Source: Marsupella aquatica (lineage: Eukaryota > Plantae > Marchantiophyta). From it: 64,000 nucleotides of DNA. Shown here in pieces: positions 37,167 through 47,670 of the stretch. The notes below the pieces were generated by a model. That model ran no database searches. It had not been told where the DNA came from and worked only from the letters and a program-made list of their open reading frames with translations. Location of the stretch: the NCBI GenBank assembly GCA_973895155.1, contig OZ316893.1, forward strand, positions 20,526,857 through 20,590,856, in the 5' to 3' direction. The stretch's first letter is position 1. Every line of letters starts with the position of its first letter. The position numbers and the translations under genes were made by a program.

Positions 37167-39849
37167 ATGGGAACTGAGATTAATCCAACTGACATGGAGA
37201 GGTTTTCATCTTTGGTTGCTGCATACTTATATGAAATGAAGGAGAAGGAGATGGAAGAGAACAAGAAGAAGAAATTGCTTGGAAGGACCACCAAGTACTT
37301 GCACTCGGTCCTTACTAAGCAAGGAGAATTTGATGGGCGGAATGTGACAAGGTATCTTAAGGGATACTGGACAGAGGCTACAATTCACAAGATTGATGCT
37401 GAGGTAGCAGTCAAGGAGTTTGTATCTTTGGTGGAACCTGAACTCAAGGAAATTGTTGTTTCCTTGACAGAGGGAGCTAATGGAGAAAAGACATGGAATA
37501 TTTTTGAGGTGAGAATGAAAGAAGAATTTCAGCTGGAAGATCCAGATAGGGTCACCCAAGCATCTTTCCTTGATTGGGTGACTGACAGAAGTAAGAAGTT
37601 GGGACCTCAAGAGTTGATGAGGGAGTTTGTCAAGAAGTTCAATCAGCTTCCCGAGATAGGCTCTGAAGTTATCAAGGTCCAGAAGGCTACTCTACTCATC
37701 CGAGCTGTTGATGAGAAGCTTCAGGATGAGTTAGAGCTTGCTCTTGAACTAATAAACCCAAGTCGTGGGGCTAATCAGCCAACTTGGGAGGAGGTTGAGA
37801 CTGCTGTGCTAAGAGTCACTCAAAAGCACAGAAGGAAGAAACTCAGTCATGAAGGTGTTCTGGACACAGTAGCACCTGTGACTTCTATGAGGAGAGTGGA
37901 GAAAATAGAATCAACAATCGGTAGGGGTGAGAAGAGTGTGGACAAGATGGATGAGTTGTTTGAACTCATGAAGAATCTTACCATTCTTGCCACCCAAGCT
38001 TTGGGACAAATTGGAGGCAACACATCGAGGCCACCATCAAGAGGTAGTGGAGGAGCAGGAAGTTCTATCGGAGGACCAAGAAGTTGGAATTGCATCTGGT
38101 GTGATAGCAAAGAGCACTCTAGAAGAGAGTGTGTTGAGCTGTCTGTTGCTCTAAAAGAAAGAATGGTTAAGTTTGTTGAGCATGATGGCATAAGAAAGCT
38201 TGCCTACCATGATTCAGGTGAACTTATTCTAGTCAATGCCAACAAAGGTGGCATGAAGGTTAGGTGGAGAAGAGAATGACTGAACATCATAACTCAGCCA
38301 TTGCTGCAGCTTATGGGGACAAGGGTGAGCATGATGCAGATGTCTACACTGTGTTTGGGGATCCTTCGTCAGTAGGATCCTCAGAGACAGATAAGAAAAG
38401 GCTGGCAGAGTTTGTAAGAAGGAAATCAGGATGGAATGATCATGTTTTGATCTCTGCTTTTACTGCAGAAGTAGGGTCTCTATGGGATTCTATGGTGGAG
38501 GAGAAGAGAAAGTTTGTGGAGCCTTTGGAAGAACGTGCTAGAGGAAAACAGAAAGTGGATTCTGGACCTTCTACTCCTAGGCCATTACCTGATGTGCCAA
38601 TGAGAAGGAGTGTTCGATTTGAGGACAGAGTAAGCACACCAAAAGAGTCTACTTCAACCCCTTCAAAGGAGCTGGAAGTAGTAAAAAAGGAGAAGGCAGA
38701 AAAGAAAGGACCTGGTTGGATACTTGGAAGGGATGTGGAGCAACACATAGAGTATGACCAGGTTGCTGACAAGTTTTGGAAAGCCACAGTGAGTGGAGTC
38801 ACCAATGAGGAGTTTTTTTTGCTTGCATGAACTCCAAAGCTCAAGATGCTTTACTTGCAAAGGTGAAGTGAAAAAGATTTTATAAAGAAGGACCTCATGC
38901 ATTGGGAGCAGAGTTTTATTCTGAAGTTGAAGAGGATGGAGAATGATCATTTTCAAGAGCTAATACAGAGTGTCAAGTGTATCAAGTGAATGTTGAGAAA
39001 ATCCTTGGACCACAGATGCTAGGGTTTTCAAAAGAGGAGATCCCTGGACCACAGATGCCAGGGTCTTCAAAGGAGAAGATCCCTAGACCACAGATGCTAG
39101 GGTTTTCAAATGATGAAGTTTCTGGACCACAGATGCCAGAGTCTTCAAAAGAGGTAGTTTCTGAACCAAAGATATCAAAAGCTAAGCTATTGGACTTGGG
39201 AAGATGGGAATCATTGATGGGAGAAAAGTTTGATAAGTCACAAGAAATGGCAAAAATCAGTCAAGAGGAGGTACTCAAGGCTTCACAAAGTGTGTGGGTC
39301 ATGTGTGCCTCTACCATGAAGAATCTTGAATTGGGAGATGGCAAGGAGTCCATCTTGGAACCATTTTGGGCAAGAACTTGCTCAGTGGTGGAAGTGGAGC
39401 TTGTGGGGATGGAGGGCAAAGCCTGAGCATTGATTGATACTGGATCAGAGGTAAACCTAATGTCAAGAAGCATCTATGATCTTGGGCAATGGATGGTTGA
39501 TTGTGATACCCAGTGGTCGGTAAACTCAATCAATCGTTCAAAGAATACACTTTGGGGAGGATGTCCAGGAGTTCCAGTGAAGGTTGGCAATGTGATTGAG
39601 CCAACTAACATTTTTGTGCATGATAGCTTATCCTATGACTTGATTTTAGGGCAACCCTACATTACTCAAGCTCGATTGGAATACAAGGTTTTGCCAGATG
39701 GTACTCATATGGCAAAGATGAGGAGTCGAGATGATTTGCGGATTATCCAGTTTCCTGTGGTGAAACCTGGACATTGGAGGAACCGAAAGGAGTTGAGAGG
39801 ACCTGAATCCAAGGAAGGAAATGAGGATTTCCTGAAGGTGTCTCGTTAA
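37167..39849 (+). pseudogene. gag-protease region (frameshifts and stops)
   Basis: Zinc knuckle CIWCDSKEHSRREC; 36-bp repeat GPQM(L/P)G.SKE x4 at ~39000-39160; protease LIDTGSEVNLM and YDLILGQP. Confidence 0.85.
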
Positions 39850-39890
39850 ACAATGCGGGATGGCAGGGCGCCGTCTCTGATGACCCGCTG

Positions 39891-42800
39891 ATGGCTTGGA
39901 ATGTGAATAGGTTGTTGGCAAGCTCATTTGAAGGTGAAAGCTTGTATTATCGAATTTCTTATGTAAAAGTGTGTGAAACTACTAGAAAATTCAAAAAGAA
40001 AATTACGAGGATTGAGGATACTATGCAAATACATGGATTGCTAGAGGAATGTGAGGAGATTGAAGGCCTTCTAGATGAAGAAGGAGTGGTAGTCTCTTTG
40101 GAAGAAGTAATTGAAGGTCTTTCAGAGGGGAGAACTTTTATGGAAATCAATCATGAGTTGTATGGTGAGTTATCTCAATTTGTTGAGGTCAACACCAAGT
40201 ACAAAATGGTGGACAAGAAAGTGAGACCAGCGGCACTTCCTTTGCCTTTGGATGCTAAGGAAGTTCTAGAGAAGGCAAGGAAGGAGACTAGTCTTAGAGA
40301 TCGGACTAAGATTGACCATAAATTCACAGAGGAGACCCTTAATCAACTAAGGATTGGCGATGATGGGCTGTTGACAAGGAGAGAAAGAGAGAAGTTTCGA
40401 CAAATGATTGGTGAACATGGTAAGACTTTTGCCTTTTATCCTGAAGAGATGGGATGTGTGGATCCTAGTGTTGTTACTCCTATGGTGATTTTCACTGTCC
40501 CTCATATTCCTTGGGACTTGAAACTTATTCCGGTGCCAAAGGCTTTGTTGCCTAAACTTATTGATCTATTGAAGGAGAAACTTTCTATTAGGATCTTGGA
40601 AAGAGCAGATGCACCTTATTCTAATCGTTGGTTTACCATTCGCAAGAAAAATGGTAAACTTAGATTTATTCAGGATATGCAACCCCCCAACAAGGTTACT
40701 ATTCGCAACACTGGAATAGGACCTATAGTTGATGAGTTTGCAGAAGAGTTTGCCGGTAGAGCCATCTATTCATGTGGTGACCTCTATTCAGGCTATGATC
40801 AGTTTCAGTTGGCTCAAAGTAGCAGAGATATCACTACAATGAGGACACCTTTGGGGCTACTTCGCATGTGTACTTTGCCTCAAGGAGCAACCAATTCAGT
40901 GGCACACATGCAGAATGCCATGAATAAGGTACTACATCGTTTTATTCCAGAGAAGACTCAATCATTTCTTGATGATATGCCAATCAAGGGGTGCTTGGAG
41001 ACAAAGAAGGATGAGACTGTACGAGAAGATGGGTTGCGACAGTTTGTATGGGAGCACATTCAGGATGTAAAGGCCATCTTGAAGAGACTGATTGAGGTTG
41101 GGCTCACTCTTTCTGGAGAAAAATCTTCATTTGGACTCCGTGAAGTCCTGATTGTGGGACAGATTTGTGGAGTTGAAGGGAGGAGGCCAAATGAAGGAAA
41201 GGTGGATGCAATCAATCAGATGAAAGATTGCAGAACATCTTCAGAGGTGCGAAGATTTCTTGGTGCTTGCTTGTTTTACAGGGTTTGGATTCCACACTTT
41301 GCACATATTGCTGATCCTTTGTATGGATTACTAAGGAAGAATGTGCAATTTGTTTGGACTGAGGCACACAAAGAGGCTATGCAAAGATTAAAGGAGGCAT
41401 TACTTAGCCCCCTTGTTCTACGTCCCTTATGCTATGATGGGAGGCCAATCATTGTTACTGTCGATTCAAGCCCTGATGCTGCTGGATGGGCAGTAGGGCA
41501 AGATGATGAAAAGGGAAGGAGATTTGCATCAAGGTTTGGGGCTAAGGTCTTCTCAGCAAGACAAAGACATTATCCTCAAATCAAACGAGAATTATGGGGT
41601 GCAAGAATAGCTTTGTGTCAAGAAAAGGTCTACTTGATTGGAGCACAAGTAATTCTTGAGACAGATTGTTTACCACTTTTAGGGATGATTGCTAATTGTG
41701 ATACTCCAGATATTGCTATGCTATGTTGGATAGCTTTTATCAGAATGATCAATTTTGAGCTTCGGCATATTGCTGGAAAAGATAACCTTGTAGCTGATAT
41801 GCTGTCAAGAGCTCGATATGATCATACTGAGATAGAAGCAGTTCAAGTTATGAGTGGAGAATTTGAGGTTTTACAGTTGCAGGAGGAGTTATATTCTGGA
41901 CAGTTGCTTTTGATTGGAAGGTACCTTAGTACTCTTCAAAGGTCTTTTGAATTGACAGATGATGAGTTTCAGCGATTACGAAAGAGGCTTACAAGTTCAT
42001 GCTGAAGGATGGTGTCTTATGGAGAAGATCTTTTAAGAAAAGACATGTTCCATGTAGAGTCCTTGATACTGAAGAGGAGAAGAAAAAGGTCTTGTGGGAC
42101 TCTCATGATGCAGTTGAAGCAGGACATCGAGGAGTTAGAGCTACTTATGAACGGATTCAGAGATGGTATTGGTGGTCAGGCATGTATGTGGATGTGAAAT
42201 CATATGTTGGGTCTTGTAAGACTTGCCAATACTACTCTAAAGTTCGATTTAGAGATGGGTTTAATCCTACTAGTCTTTTATCATTACATTTTCAGTGGGC
42301 AATAGATGTGGTACACATGCCATTGGGAGTTAGAGGAGCAAAGTACCTTGTCCTTGCAAGAGAAGATTTATCTTCTTATGTGGAAGGAACGGCTTTGACC
42401 TCTAATACTACTGAAGCAGTATGCAGGTTTGTACTTGAAGATATCATTGCACGTCATGGTTATTTTGTGCAAATGAGAGCAGATAGAGGAGAACTCAATT
42501 CGGATGAGGCTGCAGATTTTTTTGATCGATTCAACATCAAGCTCAAACTTACTACTGCCTACAACCCGGAAGGCAATGGGAAGATTGAGCGAGGGCACCC
42601 ATCAATTGTAAATGCCTTGGTAAAGTCTTGCCAAGGAAAAGCATCAATGTGGCCAAACCTTTTACCGTTTGCTCTTTTAGCAGATCGGATGATATGCACT
42701 TCAACAACAGGATTTGCACCTGCCGAATTGGTCTGTGGACATTTACCTTTGATGCAGACTGAAGAGAATGTTCAAAGCTGGAGAACAATTGATTGGGAAG

Positions 42801-43240
42801 ATGACATCACTCGAGAGAAATTATTGGAACGAAGGATTGAGCACTTTAGCCAGACCAAGGAGAAAATTGAGGAGGCTTTACTAAGGCTAAAGAAGGCTCG
42901 TGAGAAGAATAAGGAGCGATTTGATAAGACTCATCGTTTGAGGCCAATTCCAATCTAGAGTGGAGATTGGGTGTTGATCTATGAAGGAGGCCTTGAGCAA
43001 TAACATTCTACCTTAAAGAAGTTTGCACGTCGTTGGAGAGGACCGTTTGTTGTTGAAAAAGTCAATCCTAATGCAACCTACTTGGTTAGAGAACTGGATG
43101 GAGCAATGCATCGCACTCCCTATATAGGAAAGCAAGTGAAATTGTTCAAGCGGCGAACTCACTTTATGACAGAAGAGGAAGAGTTTGAACCAGATGACTT
43201 TGAAGCTTTGGATGAGAATGAAGATTATCGCGATCTATAG
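39891..43240 (+). pseudogene. RT-RNase H-integrase
   Basis: LRFIQDMQ, DLYSGYDQF, LPQGATNS, FLDDMPIKG, TVDSS, ADMLSR, HHCC, WAIDVVHM, ADRGE, NGKIERGH, RWRGPF; frameshift near 41990, stops at 42956 and 43001. Confidence 0.93.
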
Positions 43241-43283
43241 GTGTGGTGCATCCGGAGGTTGCACAGGTTTGGTAGGGGTGATA

Positions 43284-44696
43284 TGTCGTGATAATTCAAT
43301 TATTCATGATAAAATTATTACCACTAAGTATATTAGTAAGTATATAGGTTAGATTTATATTTTGTTACGGAGTAACTAAATAATTTGACTATTACGTATG
43401 TGCATGCAAGGTAAGCAACTATGCAAACCACAAGTTGCATGCACAAATTGTTTGGATGCATGTACAAATTGTTTTATTTGCATGCAATAATCGTTTTATG
43501 TGCATGCAAGGTGAGCAAATGTGCAAGCCACAAGGTGCATGCACAAATTGTTTTAGATACATGCAAATTATTTTATTTGCATGCATTAGTTGTTTTATGT
43601 GCATACAAGGTGAGCAAATGTGCAAGCCACAAGGTGCATGCACAAATTGTTTTAGATGCATGCAAATTGTTTTATTTGCATGCATTAGTTGTTTTATGTG
43701 CATGCAAATTGTTTTATTTGCATGCATTAGTTGTTTTATGCACATGCAAGGTGAGCAAATGTGCAAGCCACAAGGTGCATGCATGCACAAATTATTTTAG
43801 GTGCTTGCATTAGTTGTTTTATTTGCATACATTATTTGTTTTGATTGCAATAGTACTAGCATACATTCCTACGTTGGATGTGTGCCACTTGGCTTTCATC
43901 CAAGCATTTGGGCGTAATCCATGCCCTCTTGGATTCAATATAAATAAAATGGTGAGGGGCACTCTCTCCTCATTCCCACATTTTGATAATTTCCGCGTCA
44001 AAGCGATCCTCTTTTCTTCTCTCATCTTTTTTTTCTATTCTTTGCCTTATGTACATAGTAGTGGGGCATCCTTTGGCCCGGATAGCAAAGGAATGAGTGG
44101 TAGACTTATAGATGGGACCTTAGGGAACAAGGTCTCTTTGGGAACTTAGGGGTGGGGCATCCTTTGGCCCGGATAGCAAAGGAACAAGAGAGTCATTATG
44201 AATCCAGGAGGGAGAGATATCCCTAATCTTCCCCTTCGTAACCCATTTTTGGTTAGAGTCCATCTTTTAGACAAGCCATCCATGAGGCAGCATTTAACTT
44301 ATCACTTTGGAGCTCAATTTGCAGCTGCTGTTATGAGTTCTAATGAGCCAATAGTATACCCAGTAGTGTCTTATCGAGAGGAGTGGGAGTGCATTATCTT
44401 TGTCCTTTATTGAAGTCATGGATCTAAATAGGAGTCCAGATGACATTCCTATCTCATTTTCTCTTGGAGATATTAGGATTGTATGTCGTAGAAAAATTAG
44501 TTTTCGAGATGTGTTGATCCGCAAGTATGGTGAAGTAGGATTTAATCGTATATTAGTTTCACCTGAACCTTTCTTAATACCCACCACCCTTCTTACAAGA
44601 GTTATCATTTTGGTTTTAGTGTAGAACTTATGGGCATGCAAGGTTGACTTCATAAGAGCCAACATGCTCTTACCAGAAAACACGGTCACCCGGACA
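43284..44696 (+). repeat. 3' LTR, preceded by PPT ggtaggggtgata
   Basis: 1413 bp, near-identical to 35607-37019. Confidence 0.95.
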
Positions 44697-45318
44697 CCGT
44701 CCCTGATTGCCCCCGCCCAAGTACCCGCTGGTGTATCTTGGCCACAAATACCTTGTACGCTGGATCCTTGAACGTTGAGAGGAGAATGGTAGTTACGGAA
44801 ATGGGATCCTTCACCACCTCAGCTAGCTCCTCCAACGTAAAAACACCAGGGGGCTCTACTGGCTGAAACGTGAAGTCCTGGTTGTCGAGAAATAAGAGCT
44901 TGGCCAACTCCACGTGAGGGATCAACTGCCTGTTACAATGAAAATAAATCCCCTCCGTACGGCACTCCAATCCAACCGCAATGTCCCAAGTCCTGCCGGG
45001 AGGAATCCTAATCTCTACACCCATGAAATTGGTGAGCCCTGTAACCTGAAAAATCTCCTTGCCCTCTTCCATCACCTTGGCAGAAGTGCGGGGGTACACC
45101 CTACGGAAAACCTTCCGTACAACCGTAGTGCTAAGCGTTCCAAATCCGATACTCATGACTGTTGACCGTTGTTTCTCTCCCTCCTCCCTAATTCGTGTGG
45201 CAATATAATCCCGGTAAGCAGCCTTGTATCGACGAACACGGGTTGTACTGAACTCAGGTGGATCAAACATGCACACTAAAAATTCTACCATCGCAACAAT
45301 TCCCGTCACACCGTACAA
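44697..45318 (-). CDS. N-terminal part of the extra ORF of the TG...CA element
   Basis: Open frame runs up to the gypsy junction (…KIHQRVLGRGQSGT) and plausibly joins MSGDQLAIA on the other side. Confidence 0.55.
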
Positions 45319-45565
45319 TTCCTGGTCCGAATAGCCCCCGTATCACAATCACGGATGTCACTCTTAATCCCCTTCCAAGAGTCAACCACTGCCCACCCAA
45401 TGCTGCCAGCGCTACTATAGTCACAAGGTCCCCCAAAATAATGAACACCAAGCCCCAAGGAAAGGGGGAATAAACCAAGGTAAGAGCTCCAAATAATGAG
45501 AGAGAGAACCAAATGCAGTCGGCATGAGAGAGGAAACAATGTTAGGCATAAGAGAAGGGGGAGGA

Positions 45566-45575
45566 GTTTTATAGG
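45566..45575 (-). promoter_or_regulatory. TATA box (CTATAAAA) of the TG...CA element
   Basis: Minus strand reads cccctataaaactcc, ~250 bp upstream of the ORF. Confidence 0.5.
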
Positions 45576-46468
45576 GGAGAGGAGAGTTTGTTTTGGCCCC
45601 CCTACTCACAATTTCCTATATATGGCTTCGTGCCCTCCTATAGGGGATTTTAACTCCATTTTGTTTTTCCTTCTAATTCCTTCTTCCTGCTGCGCTGCCA
45701 TGCCCCCGACTCTTTATGGGTCCAGCTGCCTCCTAGCTTGCGGTCTATCCTAACTTGCCCCATCCTGGGCTCACGGCCTCGTATCAGGGGATTTTAATCC
45801 CCCTTTTGTTTTCTCCCTCGCACCCCGCTACACCTCAAAACTGCCCCGTGCGCCCCGGACACTGTGTGCCTCCCTATGGCTCGCCCCAACTCACGCGGCT
45901 CGCTGTAGCCCTATGACACGGGGCCCTATGTAGGGCTCGAGCTCGTTTGATTTTGGGGGAATTTTAACCCCTCCGGCTCGCCACCGCAGCTCTGCGCCCT
46001 GCTCACCTGTGCCCACTCGCGATCCCACCTGCGCCCCGGCCAAGCCTGCCACTCGCGGCAGCCCCTCAAACGGGGGATTTTAATTCCCCCCCACACTTCC
46101 TCCCTTTTATTCCTCTTTTTACAAGGGGGTCTTGTTGTTTTGGTTATACCCCCTTAACACTAAAAATTAAAGTTCCTCCCTTAGACTTTGCAATGGGGGT
46201 CTCAACAATAGCTCAAGCAAAATGGTAAGTCCTATGGGGTTGGCCCTAGCTTTTAAGGTCTCGAAATATTTGTCTGCTTAGGTCGCCGCAAATCTTAGAA
46301 CTGTTATGAGAGAAAGAATATAAAGTCACCCGGGGCATCATCAACCTATAATGGCGGAATTAACTAAAAAATTTAAAAATGGCTTATTTACAGTGGCTAT
46401 TAACAAGGCACACCACTCTGCAACCCATTATTCATGATTTTGAGTGACGGGGACCCCGTCACAAGGTG

Positions 46469-47670
46469 ACCTCGCCAGGGGGGCAGGTGTGGTGGGAGAA
46501 AGGGCCTGGATAACACGACAATATTCACCAGCCTGGGCTACACAACAAGAGCAATGAAGGCTTCTATGCTCTGGAGGATGAGAGTGGCAAGTTGGGTCAG
46601 ACAAAGCTCGGGTGGTATAGGAACAGGCTCGAAGAAAGTACTCTTCCTGAAGCTCTTCCCAATCTCCCCGCAGATGGATACAAGAGGCAGTCTCACGGTG
46701 ACCCACGCAACCACCATGACAAGGGAGGGTAAGAGTCCACTGTGGAAAAAACATGAGTAAAGACCAATAAGAGACCTCTATAGGATGCACCAAGATAAGT
46801 TGCATGAGTTGCAACAAGGATGACCGAACTAAAGGGCGCAACGCTAGTGGGATGTGATTATAGAGACGAGGTCTAATGTACCCTACATGGTAGGCTCGAA
46901 GGGTGTCTAGAGTGCGAACCCAACTCCATGTCTGCTCAGAAGCCTCCAAGGTGGGAGGGGCAGAGCTAACAAGGTCAAGAGGGGGCTGAGGCTGGGATTG
47001 TGCTTGTTGGCGACGTTGGCACCGGCCCTGCCCATGATGATGAGGGAGGGAGATGCCAACCCATCCTCAATCAGGGCAAGTGTGCAGGGACGCTCATATG
47101 GGGAGGGAGCCGGGAAAGACTGGACGGGAGGTTGGGGTGGAACAGACGTGGATGAAGAGGCTGGAGGGTGATGCTGGGGGGGTGGGGGCGGAATGGGGTG
47201 GGGAGAGGAGCTAGGGCGACAATGGGGTGGGCAGTAGAGTGGGGGGGGGGGATTGGAAGAGCATCGGGAATGGGGTCATCACGACGATGAGAGAGATCCA
47301 GTGAAGAAGAGCAAACACGAAGGCGACCAAGAGGCGGGGGGGAGGAGGGGGAGAAGTGTGTGGTGGGGCTGGGTGCTTGCCCCGCGCCAACACTCTCAAT
47401 GTAGACATGTCAGGCCGCAACCCACTAAAAGCAAAAGCGCATCAAGAAGCGACAAAAGGCCCAACCAAAACATGTGAAAAGAAAGGGAAGACTGTGGAGA
47501 GAGCCCACAGCGTCAATCCAAGAAATGGCGCCACCGCGAGCCTAGGAAACCGTTGAGCCCGTGCAGGGACAGTAGGGGACAAAGCTGAAGCACTTGTTGA
47601 TGTGTCCATGGAGGATTCGATGCGAGTGAAATCCGCCTGCTGAGTTGAGCGTGCTGTTATAGCTCCCAAA
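46469..47670 (-). pseudogene. N-terminal part of the CRE-like ORF
   Basis: HIPLALR, LLMFFPQWTL, GDWEEL, AGEYCRVIQAL...PAP are typical of the region preceding the RT in these elements; Pro-rich linker upstream. Confidence 0.65.

Larger units (their letters stand above)
35607..44696 (+). mobile_element. Full-length Ty3/gypsy LTR retrotransposon (non-chromovirus type; 9090 bp), lightly decayed
   Basis: Two 1413-bp TG...CA LTRs, PBS, gag, PR, RT, RH, INT, PPT. Confidence 0.96.
33442..46463 (-). mobile_element. ~3.9-kb TG...CA element (solo-LTR-like) with internal ORF, interrupted by a gypsy insertion
   Basis: Termini TGTCACC (33442) and CGTCACA (46463); perfect 5-bp TSD AGGTG at 33437-33441 and 46464-46468; no internal direct-repeat pair seen. 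Confidence 0.82.
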
